This document shows, piece by piece, positions 29,000 to 39,323 of a DNA stretch of 41,256 bases. The first letter of the stretch is position 1. The number at the start of each line of letters is the position of its first letter. Below the pieces are notes generated by a model, which saw only the letters and a list, made by a program, of their open reading frames with translations, did not search any database and was not told where the DNA came from. The stretch is taken from positions 1 through 41,256 of the forward strand of contig JBBQRQ010000042.1 of assembly GCA_038214755.1 (NCBI GenBank), given 5' to 3'. Source of the stretch: Verrucomicrobiota bacterium (lineage in GTDB: Bacteria > Verrucomicrobiota > Verrucomicrobiia > Limisphaerales > CANJXF01). The translations under genes and the position numbers were made by a program.

Positions 29000-30808
29000 C
29001 TAGGAATGCGCCGCCAGCCAGTAACGAATCTGCGTGGCTTGCGGATGTTGCGGCTCGGCTTCCAAAACTTTTAAATAATGTTCGCGCGCGTTGGAAATTT
29101 GATTGAGCCGTTGTGCGCAAAGATTGCCCAGGAGCAGATGCGCCCGCGTCTCGTTGGGATTTTGCGCGAGCAATTTTTGCAACTCATTTTCGGCGTCGTG
29201 GAAATATCCGGCTTCCTGCAAAGTGAAGGCGAAATTGTATCGGGCGTTGACCGACTCGGGCAAAATGGCGAGGGCTTGTTCGTAGGCGGCCAGCGCGGCG
29301 GATAACTCTCTCACTTCGTGCGCCGCCAACGCCATGTTGTAATGGGCTTCGTAGAAAGACGGGTCCAATTTAACGGCCTGGCGATAGGCGGCCAATGCCT
29401 CAACCATGCGACGATCTTTTTGGGCTTGCATCCCGTCGGAAAAAAATGGCTCCGCTTCCTCTCTCTTTCCCTCCGGCGGTTTGCTGGGCATTCGATATTT
29501 ATAACGGGGAAAAGTCGGCGTAGTTCTCGTCGTCGCAACATTGCGCTGTTTTTTTTCCGTCGGAGTTCGCTCGCTCACCTCGGCACTCTTTTCGATGCTG
29601 GGCCGGGTTGCGGGCAATTCTGTGATGGACGGCGGGGTCTGTTTTGGCTTTCGCTTGAACCAGTTCGCCGGATTTATTTTAGTTAGAGTGCCCGCTCCTT
29701 TTTCCGGCAGAGGCGCGCGATTGAAGGTGCGTGGCGGCGGCTCACTGGAAGTTGAAAGCGGCGCCGGGTTTTCAATCGCTGGAACATCCGGCGCGGACTT
29801 GAGCGGCGGTTCGTCGGGCAACTTCGTCACTTCCACGTGCGCTTCGCGTCGCGGAGAAGGTTGCGCTTTCGGGGAAGAAATAATTGGCGGTGCTTTCGAC
29901 GTTGTTTTCGAAAAATTGGTTTCCGTTTTTGTTGGAGCAGCGTTGGAGGGACTCGCACCTTTGCTGGCCAAAGTGGCCGGAGGTTTCGCGGTAGGGGGCG
30001 CGCTGGCTACGACCACGGAGGGGTTCAAGTCGTTCTCCAGTTGCCGCACCACTTTTTGAACCTGCGCGACCTCGGGAGCTTGTTTGGCCACGCTCAGGAA
30101 TTTCCGGTAATTGAGCAGAGCCAAATGGCGCTCATTCAAATGTTGATGATAAACCACCGCGAGATTGAGCGCGGCCGGCGCGTAGTCGGGCTGTTGTTGC
30201 AGCGCGCTGGTAAAACTGGGAATGGCGTCGCGAGGACGGCCGCGTTGCATCTGCAACAAACCAATGGCATTGAGCGTTTCGGCGGAGGGGCGCAACTTTT
30301 GCGCGGAATCAAAATTCTTTTTTGCCGCATCAAGCTGGCGATTTTTTTCGACTCCGGAGAGAGAGGAGGCCAATTGCAATTGCGCCAGTCCGAGCTTCAT
30401 CCAGCCGTCCGCATTGTTCGGCTCCAATTGGGTGAACGTCGTCAGTTCGGAAATGGCGGCGGGAAAAAAATTCTGCTCCAGATACAATGCGCCCAAATTG
30501 TAACGCGCTGCGGTGAGATTTCGATCCAGCGCCAACGCTTGTTGATACGCTTGCGCCGCTTTCTTTTGATCGCCCGAATACTGATAGCCGAGACCGAGAT
30601 AGTTCCAGGCTTTGGCGCTGTGCGGATACGCTTTGGCCGCCTCTTCAAACTTCTGCACCGCTTCGGAATATTTTCCTTCCTTGAGCAACCGCTCGCCTTT
30701 GACCAAAGCGCGCGCGCCTGCTGGAGCGCAGCCAATCCCGCTCGCTACCACCATCGTCGCCAGAGAAAAAATCAGAAAAATTTGCGCCAGCTTTTTGGTG
30801 GTCAGCAT
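29000..30808 (-). CDS. Tetratricopeptide-repeat protein (putative lipoprotein) with Pro-rich linker
   Basis: Multiple TPR motifs (AWNYLGLGY, ARYNLGALY, AHYNMALA); start probably ATG 30808. Confidence 0.88.
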   Translation of the reverse strand: MLTTKKLAQIFLIFSLATMVVASGIGCAPAGARALVKGERLLKEGKYSEAVQKFEEAAKAYPHSAKAWNYLGLGYQYSGDQKKAAQAYQQALALDRNLTAARYNLGALYLEQNFFPAAISELTTFTQLEPNNADGWMKLGLAQLQLASSLSGVEKNRQLDAAKKNFDSAQKLRPSAETLNAIGLLQMQRGRPRDAIPSFTSALQQQPDYAPAALNLAVVYHQHLNERHLALLNYRKFLSVAKQAPEVAQVQKVVRQLENDLNPSVVVASAPPTAKPPATLASKGASPSNAAPTKTETNFSKTTSKAPPIISSPKAQPSPRREAHVEVTKLPDEPPLKSAPDVPAIENPAPLSTSSEPPPRTFNRAPLPEKGAGTLTKINPANWFKRKPKQTPPSITELPATRPSIEKSAEVSERTPTEKKQRNVATTRTTPTFPRYKYRMPSKPPEGKREEAEPFFSDGMQAQKDRRMVEALAAYRQAVKLDPSFYEAHYNMALAAHEVRELSAALAAYEQALAILPESVNARYNFAFTLQEAGYFHDAENELQKLLAQNPNETRAHLLLGNLCAQRLNQISNAREHYLKVLEAEPQHPQATQIRYWLAAHS

Positions 30809-30838
30809 CGCCGAGGGTGGTAACATCCGCCGCTCGGC

Positions 30839-31897
30839 GTGTCAAGAAACGCCCCGGGTTGCGCAGTGCTCAAACTACTTTTTCCATTGATAACGAGTGC
30901 CCTGCTCTTGCGCCAGGCAGGAGCAGCGGAAACTATTTTTTCGCAAAAAAATATTTCTTCGCGCGCGCGCGTTGTCGTGGCCGGCGATCCGAAGGCCACC
31001 GTCGCTTTTCAACCGCAGCCGGAAAAAGTTCGCGCTCTGGTCAATCGCGGGCTGTTGCGGTTCGCGGGAAAAACCAATCTTGCTCTCGCCTGGAAAACTT
31101 TTGTTTCCACCAACGACGTCGTGGGAATCAAAGTTTACTCCGCGCCCGGCGCCAATAGCGGCACGCGTCCGAGCGTGGTGGCGGCTGTGGTGGAAGGTTT
31201 GCTGGCAGCGGGAGTTCCGGCAAAGAAAATAATTATCTGGGACAAGGAGTTGGTTGATTTGCGTCTGTCCGGTTTTGTGGACCTCGCCGAGAATTATCAC
31301 GTGCGAGTCGCGGCCAGCGCCGCCAGCGGTTACGACGAAAAAGTTTTTTACGAAAGTCCGCTCATCGGGAATTTGGTCTGGGGCGATGTGGAGTTTGGCA
31401 AAAAAGGCGAAGGCATCGGTCGAAAATCTTTCGTCACAAAATTACTCACCAAAGAAATTACAAAAATTATCAGCGTCGTTCCCCTGCTCAATCACAACGT
31501 CGCCGGGACCGCCGGACATCTTTGCAGCGTGGGACTCGGCGGCGTCGATAACACTCAACGTTTCGAGCAACCCGAACGTTTGGCGACGGCGTTGCCGGAA
31601 CTTTATGCCCTGCCCAGTTTGAGCGATAAAGTGGCGCTGACCATCACCGACGCTTTGCTTTGCCAATATCAGGGTGAGCAACGCAGCCTGCTGCACTACT
31701 CCGCTCCGATGAATGAAATCTGGTTCAGCAAAGACCCCGTCGCCCTAGACGTTTTGGCGATTGGCGAACTCAATCGCCAACGTGAAGTTGCCAAAATCGC
31801 GCCAGTAAAATCTTCCATGGAAATTTACGAAAACGCCTCGCTGCTCGAACTCGGGGTGAGCGATTCAAAAAATATCCAGATCGAAATAGCGCCCTGA
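30839..31897 (+). CDS. DUF362 domain-containing protein
   Basis: FVSTNDVVGIKV, TRPSVVAAVVEGLLAAGVP...IIIWD, IISVVPLLNH, SKDPVALD; start may be GTG 30866. Confidence 0.75.
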   Translation: MSRNAPGCAVLKLLFPLITSALLLRQAGAAETIFSQKNISSRARVVVAGDPKATVAFQPQPEKVRALVNRGLLRFAGKTNLALAWKTFVSTNDVVGIKVYSAPGANSGTRPSVVAAVVEGLLAAGVPAKKIIIWDKELVDLRLSGFVDLAENYHVRVAASAASGYDEKVFYESPLIGNLVWGDVEFGKKGEGIGRKSFVTKLLTKEITKIISVVPLLNHNVAGTAGHLCSVGLGGVDNTQRFEQPERLATALPELYALPSLSDKVALTITDALLCQYQGEQRSLLHYSAPMNEIWFSKDPVALDVLAIGELNRQREVAKIAPVKSSMEIYENASLLELGVSDSKNIQIEIAP

Positions 31898-32022
31898 TTT
31901 TAGAATCTTTCCGACGCATGACGAACGGCGTTCTTTGATTGCCACTCAGCGTCCTCCAAGACTCCGGCGCAGAAACAATTGCCTTGTTTCGACGCATTAT
32001 GGTTCTTTATCTCCTTCGAGTC

Positions 32023-33723
32023 ATGAAACTCTGCTTGGTTCCAATTGCGTTTCTCTTTTTTGGAGCCGTCCATTTCCAAGCTGTAGCGCAAACGCGTGTC
32101 CAGGATATCTTCGGGCGCTCGCTGAATCAGCGCGGCATCACGTTGGTTGATTGGGACGGTTACATGGCCAATCCGCTGCTCAAGTTTTACATCTTCGCTC
32201 CGACGAATGCTTCTCTTCCAGGCTCGGCCATAATTACGGCGAACGGGCCTCGCCTTTACTTTGATACTCCCAGCAGTGTGAGCACCAATGGCCCGAGCAA
32301 AACGGTTTCGATCACCAATGCGGCCATCGGCGTCCCAATCCGTCTCTCGATTTTTCCCGACCGCGACAGCCTCGATGAGGATTATACTTTGACGCTCGTC
32401 TTCACCGGCGCGAACAGCGTCCGGCAAACGAACACTGTGCCGCTTCACGTCCTCGACCAGGACCTTCAACGCACCAATGATTTTGCGGTGACGGTGAATT
32501 TCGAGCGGGATGCCACCGGGTTTTTCGCAAACGCCACACGGCGAGCACTGGCCCAACAAGCGGCGGATGACTGGTCCTATTTCTTCGCGGGAATGAATTT
32601 GGACCGGGTGAACATCGGCACCGAGAGCACTTACATCTGGTCGAACAATTTCAACGGCGGCTATTACTTCAGCAACACCAACGCCTACACCGGCTATCTC
32701 CTTTATTCTTACGGAACGACCAACACTCTTCATCGTTCTGGCGGCGAGGGAAATTTCTACGGCACAGTGCAGACCAGCGGTGGCTCGCCGCTGACGATGA
32801 AACGCTCCGGCGGATTCGAGGCGGAAATTTTTGGAAACTACAACACGCTCGGCTGGTTGCTGCTGACCAACGATAATGACTGGCTTGTCACCGGTAACCT
32901 CGGCGGCGAAACGAATGATTTTTATTCGATCGCGCATCACGAAATCGGCCACGCACTCGCCTTTAACATTGCGCATCCCGCTTTCAACTCGGCAAAAAAT
33001 GCCGGCGGCTTCTCCAATGCCGCCATCACGAACTACTACGGCGCATCGGTGCCAATTGATTCCACCGATCATCTCAACGGCGCCATTGATCCGGAGAGCG
33101 GCCAGGGTGCGTTCGGCTATGAATATTATGGAAACATTCCGCGCAAACGCTGGCTGATCACCAAGCTCGACCTGTTGTGCGCACAGCAAGTCGGCTACGT
33201 CCTGCGCAGTTCTTCCGCGCTCGCACCACTCACTTTTCCCAGCAACGCGCTTCCATCCGCCGCCTCGGGTATTGCGTTTTCGAATTCCTTCAACGCCAGC
33301 GGCGGCATCGTGTTTTACAACTGGGACAACATCGCGGGTGCTTTGCCGCCCGGCCTCACGCTGGATTCTTTCTCCGGCGCGTTGACCGGAACGCCGGTGA
33401 CCAACGGCACATTCAACTTCACTCTGCGGGTTCGGGATTATCACGAAACAGGAGCGGGGCTGACCCAAAATTTTACCATGAACGTTGCGACTACAACCCC
33501 AGCGCAACTCGCGTTGTCTCTTGTGGGCGAGGGAACGAATACGCAGGCGTCCCTGACTCTCACGGGGCCAACGGGACAGCATCAGGCGATTCAAATCTCA
33601 ACCAATCTGGTGAACTGGACATCCGTTGTGACGAATCTTTCCGGCACAAACTTTTTTCAGTTTACGGAAACGAATGCGTTGCGTTTTACGCAGCGGTTCT
33701 ATCGATCAGTGGTTGGTCCCTAA
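32023..33723 (+). CDS. Secreted zinc-metalloprotease-like protein with a putative Ig domain
   Basis: Signal peptide MKLCLVPIAFLFFG; HEIGHAL zinc motif; GALPPGLTLD...GTP...GTFNFTLRVRD; ends QRFYRSVVGP. Confidence 0.75.
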   Translation: MKLCLVPIAFLFFGAVHFQAVAQTRVQDIFGRSLNQRGITLVDWDGYMANPLLKFYIFAPTNASLPGSAIITANGPRLYFDTPSSVSTNGPSKTVSITNAAIGVPIRLSIFPDRDSLDEDYTLTLVFTGANSVRQTNTVPLHVLDQDLQRTNDFAVTVNFERDATGFFANATRRALAQQAADDWSYFFAGMNLDRVNIGTESTYIWSNNFNGGYYFSNTNAYTGYLLYSYGTTNTLHRSGGEGNFYGTVQTSGGSPLTMKRSGGFEAEIFGNYNTLGWLLLTNDNDWLVTGNLGGETNDFYSIAHHEIGHALAFNIAHPAFNSAKNAGGFSNAAITNYYGASVPIDSTDHLNGAIDPESGQGAFGYEYYGNIPRKRWLITKLDLLCAQQVGYVLRSSSALAPLTFPSNALPSAASGIAFSNSFNASGGIVFYNWDNIAGALPPGLTLDSFSGALTGTPVTNGTFNFTLRVRDYHETGAGLTQNFTMNVATTTPAQLALSLVGEGTNTQASLTLTGPTGQHQAIQISTNLVNWTSVVTNLSGTNFFQFTETNALRFTQRFYRSVVGP

Positions 33724-33784
33724 TCCACGCCAGTTTTACTTCGTCAGAAGACTTCGGTTTAATCCAATCCTTCGCAACGTTTTC

Positions 33785-36700
33785 TTAACGTCCTCCGCGA
33801 AGCGGATACTTCGGTTTCTTGACGACAACTGGCGGGTTTTTTCCAAGGGCCTTCATTACCAATTCAACCGCCCGTTCCAGTTGTGGGTCGGCTCCTTTTA
33901 CCATCCGGGAAGGATCGTCCACCACCGTCACGTCGGGATCAACACCGTGGCCTTCGATGATCCATTCACCTTTCGTGCTGTAAATCCCGAAAGTCGGCAC
34001 GGTTATTTTTCCATCGTCGATGAGCGAGGGAACGCCCGTCATTCCAATCAATCCGCCCCAAGTTCGCGTTCCAACCAGCGGGCCCAATTTCGCTTGCTTG
34101 AAATAAAATGGAAAACAATCTCCGCCCGAACCGCTCCAGCCATTAATCAGCATCGCCTTCGGACCCGAATGCGCGATCTGCGGCCAGGACCAATCTTCGC
34201 CATCGCGCACACCCCAATAATTCAGATTGGTGCGGCTCAACATTTCAATGAAGCGGTCGGGAATTTGTCCGCCGCTGTTGAATCGCTCGTCGATGACCAA
34301 TCCGGCTTTGTGAAATTGTCCGCGAAATTGCCGCACCAATTCGGATTGCCCGCCGCGCCCGGTGTCGGGCACGTAAACATAACCAATTTTTCCGTCGCTT
34401 AATTCATCGACGCGTTTCCGGTTTTTCTCGATCCACGCGAGGTGCCGCAATCGCGCTTCGCTGGCCAACGTCTGCACGAGCACTTCGCGAGCGCCCTCGC
34501 TGGTCGGCTTGGAATTGACTTTCAGAAAAACCGGTTTGTTGGCCAATCCTTGAAAGGCAGCGGAAGGCTCTTGTTCGATATCCACCGGCAATCCATTTAC
34601 TGTGATCAAGTAATCGCCTTCGTTCACCTCGACGCCAGGTTGCCTAAGAGCAGAGCGTTCCTCGCTGTCCCATTCTGCCGTCTCGATAATTTTCTTGATG
34701 CGATACGCGCCGTTCTCCAGAGAGAAATCGACGCCCAGATAACCAACCCCGCGAGAGGCCTCGCTTTCCGTGTCGCCGCCGCTGCGATAGGTGTGCGATG
34801 AATTTAATTCGCCGAGGAGTTCGCCCAAAATATAATTCACATCCCAGCGTGTTACAGCGTCCTTCAATAATTTTCCATACCGTTCCCGCATCAGCTTCCA
34901 ATCAACGCCGTGCATGGCTGGGTCATAAAAATAATCGCGCTCCAATCGCCAGGCTTCGGTGAAGATTTGCCGCCATTCCGCGACGGGATCGATCACCATT
35001 TCGAGTGAACTGATCGGCAACTTTTTCTCGAATTTCTGGCCTTCCTTTGGCTCGACAATCACAAACTCGTTCTTGCGGCGGAGCAGAAGCTTGTCCCCTT
35101 TGGCAGACAGTAAAGCGTCGTCCACATCCTCCAAAATTGTTTTGGTTTCGCGCTTCTCGAAATCGAAATAAAGCAGCGCGCTCTTTCCGTCCTCGATACC
35201 GGCGCGGGGCAATTGGCGGTAAATCAGTTTTCCATTTATGGCCGACAGGTCTGCAAAATATCCGGCTTTGGGAGGCAGGATAACCGCGCGCCGTTCGAAA
35301 TCAGCGAGATCGATTTTTACGGGTTTGGCCGGTTTCTCTTCCTTCTTCTCTTCTTTCTCGTCCGTTTTCTTCTCGTCCTTCGCGTCTTTTGTTTCGGACT
35401 TTGGCTCGTCTTTTTTTGGTTCTTCATCTTTCCCACCCAACTTCGGCTCATCTTTTTTCTTGTCGGGATCTTCCGGTTTTTTCTTTTCGGCATCCTTTTT
35501 TACAACCTTCTCGCCTTCATCGTCATTGCGGGGCGAGAGCGGCGAGGGAACATCCTTGCGCAGTGGAACGGCGATCAGTTGATAGCTGTTTGGGTAAATC
35601 CAGGTGCCATCCAAGTCGCTGTAAACGGGGGAGAAATTTCGACCTGAGCGAAAAAACAAATATTTTCCTTCGGGATCGAACACCGGCTCCTCGTCGCTGT
35701 AATAACCGCTCGTGACGACATGTAGTTTTCCCTCTTTCGTGTCGTAGAGCGCAATGGCGGTATTGCGATTTTCCATGTCGTGCGTGAACGCGATCCAGCG
35801 GCTGTCCTTCGACCAACTGAACTTAAAATTGCTCAGCCCGTTGTGATATTGCCAAAGCTGTTTATCGATTTGCGTGGTTTTCTTTTTATCGAGGTCGTGC
35901 AACCGGACGCGCATGGTTTGGTCGATGAAAATAATTTTTTTACTGTCCGGCGACCAAAAAGGCCGGTAGCGAAATCCGGGCCCGAGCTTCGTCAGAGTTT
36001 TTTCTTCCCCCGAATCGTCCGGCGGGCGAATGGTCAATTCATACTCGCCAGTGCGGTCGCTGAAATAGGCGATGCTTTTTCCATCGGGCGACCATGCGGG
36101 AAATCTCTCCGCCGCGCCTGAGCTGCGCGTGAGATTGCGCACGACGCCGTGCTCCGCTGGAACGGTGAAAATTTCTCCACGCGCCGCGAAGACCGCGCGT
36201 TTGCCCGAAGGCGAAATATCCGGTTCACGCGCCAACCGCGATACATCATCCAACCTCGGCCTCAACGTCGCGCGGTCGGTCACGACTTTAATATTTATTT
36301 CGTGAGCTTTCTCACTTGCCAGCTCCAGCAGATGCAGCCGCCCGCCATTTTCGAACACGATTTCGTCGGGGCCGATGCTCGGAAAATGCACGTCAAATTC
36401 TTCGAAGAAAGTCACCTGCCGGAAGTTTTGTTTTTTTGTGTCGTAGGCCCAGATGTTCGCGCGTTTGTTCTTGTCGCGATCCGAAAGAAAATAAAGCGTG
36501 GACCCATGCCACATCGGTTGTGAATTGGCCGACTCGTTGGAAGTCAGATTTTTTGATTCATGCGTTTGGAGATTGAAAAGCCAGATGTCCGGATTCATCC
36601 CACCGCGATAACGTTTCCAGGTCCGGAAATCCACAGAGATGGGAATGTAGGCGAGCGTTTTTCCATCGGGGGAAATCGCGCCGAATTCTCCGTAGGGCAA

Positions 36701-37192
36701 AGGAAGTTTCTCCGCCAAGCCGCCGTTTGCGGAAATTTTGTAAAGTTGATTGAACCGATCTTTCTCGCTCGTGCGCGAGGTGGCGAAGAGAATCGATTTC
36801 CCATCGGGATACCAGCCGAGCATCCGGTCGAGCGCGCCGTGATAGGTCAGGCGTCTTGGCAAACCGCCGCCGACCGGCATGGAATAAATATCGGTGTTGC
36901 CATCGTAATTTCCGCTGAAGGCAATCAGCGAACCGTCCGGCGAAAATCGCGGAAAGGTTTCCTCACCCCGTGGGGAACTGAGTCGTTGCGCGTAGCCGCC
37001 CTCCTTCGGCGCGATCCAAATATCTCCCGCATAGACAAACGTGATCTGCGTCGCGGAAACATCGGGATAACGGAACATGCGCGCATCGGTTGCGACAGCA
37101 GACGGAGCGTTGGTTGAAGTTGCCGCGGCGAGCGCGGAGAAATTTGCGAGCAGGAAAAAACTAACTACGAGGAACGAGTTGGTGGTTTTCAT
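33785..37192 (-). CDS. Tricorn-like protease (peptidase S41) with PD40/beta-propeller and PDZ domains
   Basis: PRFSPDG repeats, GELNSSHTY, VIDERFNSGG, INGWSGSGGD, GTRTWGGLIG, IEGHGVDPD. Confidence 0.93.
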   Translation of the reverse strand: MKTTNSFLVVSFFLLANFSALAAATSTNAPSAVATDARMFRYPDVSATQITFVYAGDIWIAPKEGGYAQRLSSPRGEETFPRFSPDGSLIAFSGNYDGNTDIYSMPVGGGLPRRLTYHGALDRMLGWYPDGKSILFATSRTSEKDRFNQLYKISANGGLAEKLPLPYGEFGAISPDGKTLAYIPISVDFRTWKRYRGGMNPDIWLFNLQTHESKNLTSNESANSQPMWHGSTLYFLSDRDKNKRANIWAYDTKKQNFRQVTFFEEFDVHFPSIGPDEIVFENGGRLHLLELASEKAHEINIKVVTDRATLRPRLDDVSRLAREPDISPSGKRAVFAARGEIFTVPAEHGVVRNLTRSSGAAERFPAWSPDGKSIAYFSDRTGEYELTIRPPDDSGEEKTLTKLGPGFRYRPFWSPDSKKIIFIDQTMRVRLHDLDKKKTTQIDKQLWQYHNGLSNFKFSWSKDSRWIAFTHDMENRNTAIALYDTKEGKLHVVTSGYYSDEEPVFDPEGKYLFFRSGRNFSPVYSDLDGTWIYPNSYQLIAVPLRKDVPSPLSPRNDDEGEKVVKKDAEKKKPEDPDKKKDEPKLGGKDEEPKKDEPKSETKDAKDEKKTDEKEEKKEEKPAKPVKIDLADFERRAVILPPKAGYFADLSAINGKLIYRQLPRAGIEDGKSALLYFDFEKRETKTILEDVDDALLSAKGDKLLLRRKNEFVIVEPKEGQKFEKKLPISSLEMVIDPVAEWRQIFTEAWRLERDYFYDPAMHGVDWKLMRERYGKLLKDAVTRWDVNYILGELLGELNSSHTYRSGGDTESEASRGVGYLGVDFSLENGAYRIKKIIETAEWDSEERSALRQPGVEVNEGDYLITVNGLPVDIEQEPSAAFQGLANKPVFLKVNSKPTSEGAREVLVQTLASEARLRHLAWIEKNRKRVDELSDGKIGYVYVPDTGRGGQSELVRQFRGQFHKAGLVIDERFNSGGQIPDRFIEMLSRTNLNYWGVRDGEDWSWPQIAHSGPKAMLINGWSGSGGDCFPFYFKQAKLGPLVGTRTWGGLIGMTGVPSLIDDGKITVPTFGIYSTKGEWIIEGHGVDPDVTVVDDPSRMVKGADPQLERAVELVMKALGKNPPVVVKKPKYPLRGGR

Positions 37193-37310
37193 TTTGAACG
37201 TTGCGGGATTTTAGAAGGCAACAAAAAAATCAAAAGGCAATTGTTGGAGGAAGCCGCGGGCACTGGACCGTTGCTCCAAATCAAATCCAAATGGTTCGAG
37301 AGCGACTGCA

Positions 37311-37463
37311 TTTGGAGTGCGGTGACTCGTCACCGCTTTTGCCGCTTGGCCGACTTGTCGGACAAGCAGAGCCGCGTCCAGCGGTTCGCGAAATTTCACG
37401 CGCCTGCCCCCGCGCCGGCGACGAGTCGCCTTCCGAAAAGCGGCGAGAACTCGCCGCACTCCA
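37311..37463. repeat. REP-like composite element
   Basis: tttggagtgcggtgactcgtcaccgctttt ... aaaagcggcgagaactcgccgcactcca; same family as 17325-17451. Confidence 0.7.
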
Positions 37464-37496
37464 CGCTGTTGATTTAAGAAGCCGGTGGATCGCCGA

Positions 37497-37575
37497 AATC
37501 GAACGGAAATATTTCCGGCCTCAACATCGTGTCCGCCAATGACGAGCATTATTGCACTTTAGTTTTTTCCGCTTC
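37497..37575 (-). pseudogene. thrS: thrS fragment 7 (short, diverged)
   Basis: Minus strand reads EAEKTKV/MLVIGGHDVEAGNISVRF, homologous to thrS EAEQAKVHTMLVIGGRDVESGNVSVRL; starts at the upstream gene's stop. Confidence 0.75.
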
Positions 37576-37897
37576 AGCGACTCACTGGAAAAAAACTGCC
37601 AAACACCGGTGGAATTTCCCGGACGACGCAACGCAAACTGCTGCCGCATTCGCGCAATTTGGCATTCAATGAGACTTCGTCCGCATCAGAAATTAAAACT
37701 TCTTCGATAAGATTGCGATGTTCCTCGAATCGGCGCCGATACGGATGCCGATCATCCATCCAATGAGCCAAGAGACGGCGTTTCATTTCGGGCAAACGCC
37801 ACATCCGCCGACCGTATTCAAAACGAGCAATGTCGTCGTAATTCGGGTAAGGGCCCCAAACAGAGTTGTCCGTTTCATTGTTGAATGCCCTCTTCAC
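37574..37897 (-). CDS. Hypothetical protein
   Basis: 107-aa ORF starting 4 nt downstream of the 37902 ORF. Confidence 0.65.
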   Translation of the reverse strand: MKRAFNNETDNSVWGPYPNYDDIARFEYGRRMWRLPEMKRRLLAHWMDDRHPYRRRFEEHRNLIEEVLISDADEVSLNAKLRECGSSLRCVVREIPPVFGSFFPVSR

Positions 37898-37901
37898 GAG
37901 A

Positions 37902-38354
37902 TCACTCTACCAGACCAACTTGTTTTGCCCAAGCGGCGTGTGAGCGGTCACGCGGTTCATTGCGTTTCAGTTTCGGAATGAGAAGATCGCGCGCAGCGGG
38001 AACAACGACTTCCAGAAAAAGATATTTTTTCTTTGCCGCACGAACCTCCCAATCCGTTGGAAATTCGCGCAACGCCGAGTCTGGCATCAGGTTCACGTGC
38101 CAGCCATGGATTTGTTCGAATTCACTCCCAATGAGCGCCTCATAGCAAAGCCGGGCAATTTCGTCGGAATCAGTAATTGGATCAACATCCATGCTGTTTT
38201 CCGGCAATGGTTCGGAAAGTCCTCGCTGCGCGGCGTGCCACAACAACGCGCCGGAACCGATGAGAATAATCTTGCCGGGTTGGGTCAGTTGCTGACTGAC
38301 TTCGACAAGCCATTCTTCAACTTGCCTGGGATATTTCAGTTCGCGTCGTGGCAC
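37902..38354 (-). CDS. Nucleotidyltransferase-like (DUF6036-like) protein
   Basis: IILIGSGAL...SMDVD...DLLIPKLKRNEPRD resembles the GG/GS + DxD + K.....RD pattern. Confidence 0.55.
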   Translation of the reverse strand: MPRRELKYPRQVEEWLVEVSQQLTQPGKIILIGSGALLWHAAQRGLSEPLPENSMDVDPITDSDEIARLCYEALIGSEFEQIHGWHVNLMPDSALREFPTDWEVRAAKKKYLFLEVVVPAARDLLIPKLKRNEPRDRSHAAWAKQVGLVE

Positions 38355-38385
38355 TGGCTTTACTTATCAGCGCCTGCGAAGAATG

Positions 38386-39316
38386 TCACGCCCGACGCTG
38401 CTTTATCGCCGCCAAAATTTCCGCCACCACTTCCCCCTTCGCCTTCGCCCCCACATTCCCTTTTCCATGCAAACACACGCTTACGTTACCAGCTTCAACA
38501 TCGCGTCCGCTGATGACGAGCATCGTGTGCACTGTCGCTGATTCAGCGTTCGCAATTTTCGCTTTGATCGGTTCGGGGCCGAGGTCGCTCGTCACGCGGA
38601 CTTCGGCGGCGCGGAGTTGTTGGGCGATGTCTTTGGCGTAGGCGATGAGATTATCGTCGGCGTTGAGCGTGAGGACGCGGACTTGTTCGGGCGCGAGCCA
38701 GAGCGGGAAGTTGCCGGCGTGTAGCCGACGACGTGAGGAGGCGGACTGACTTTATCTTCCGATGAAACGTTCGTGCGTGCCGAGCGGCGCGTGATGAATG
38801 CACAACGGCGTTTGGGCGGAGTTATCCTTGTCGCGATATTTCAGGCCGAACTTCGCGGGCACAGCGAAATCCACCTGGTTGGTCGCAATCGTGAATTCGC
38901 GGCCAATCGCGCTCCAGACCTGCACGTCGATCTTCGGGCCGTAAAACGCGGCTTCGTTCGGCACCTCGACGAAATTGATGCCGGAAGCGATCAACACTTT
39001 GCGCACCATGTCCTCGGTTTTTTTCCACAACTCCGCTTCGTTGACGTATTTCTTGCCCAGACCTTCGGGCGAGGAAGTGCTGAAGCGCATCTGATATTTT
39101 TCCAATCCGAAGATTTTGAAATATTTCAGATACATGTCGTTGACGGCGCGAAACTCTTCCGCGAACTGGTCTTCGGTGCAATAAATGTGGGCGTCGTTCA
39201 TGTTGAGCGAGCGGACGCGCATGAGGCCGAACAACTCGCCCGATTGTTCGTAGCGATAGCAGGTGCCGTATTCGGCTAGGCGCAACGGCAGGTCGCGATA
39301 ACTGTGCGGTTCCGCC
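38386..39316 (-). pseudogene. thrS: thrS fragment 6 (3' half, from thrS 19506) split by a REP half at 38720-38757
   Basis: [17 protein letters not shown]...HERFIG, an insertion, then YAGNFPLWLAPEQV...ILAAIKQRRA; no 5' half. Confidence 0.93.
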
Positions 39317-39323
39317 TCACACG

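Noticed and set aside
29837..33594. Long opposite-strand ORFs 29837-30823 and 31900-33594
   Set aside because: Antisense to well-supported TPR and metalloprotease genes.
21266..39316. Diversity-generating retroelement TR/VR pairs among thrS copies
   Set aside because: Differences are largely synonymous and not adenine-specific, and no reverse transcriptase is present.
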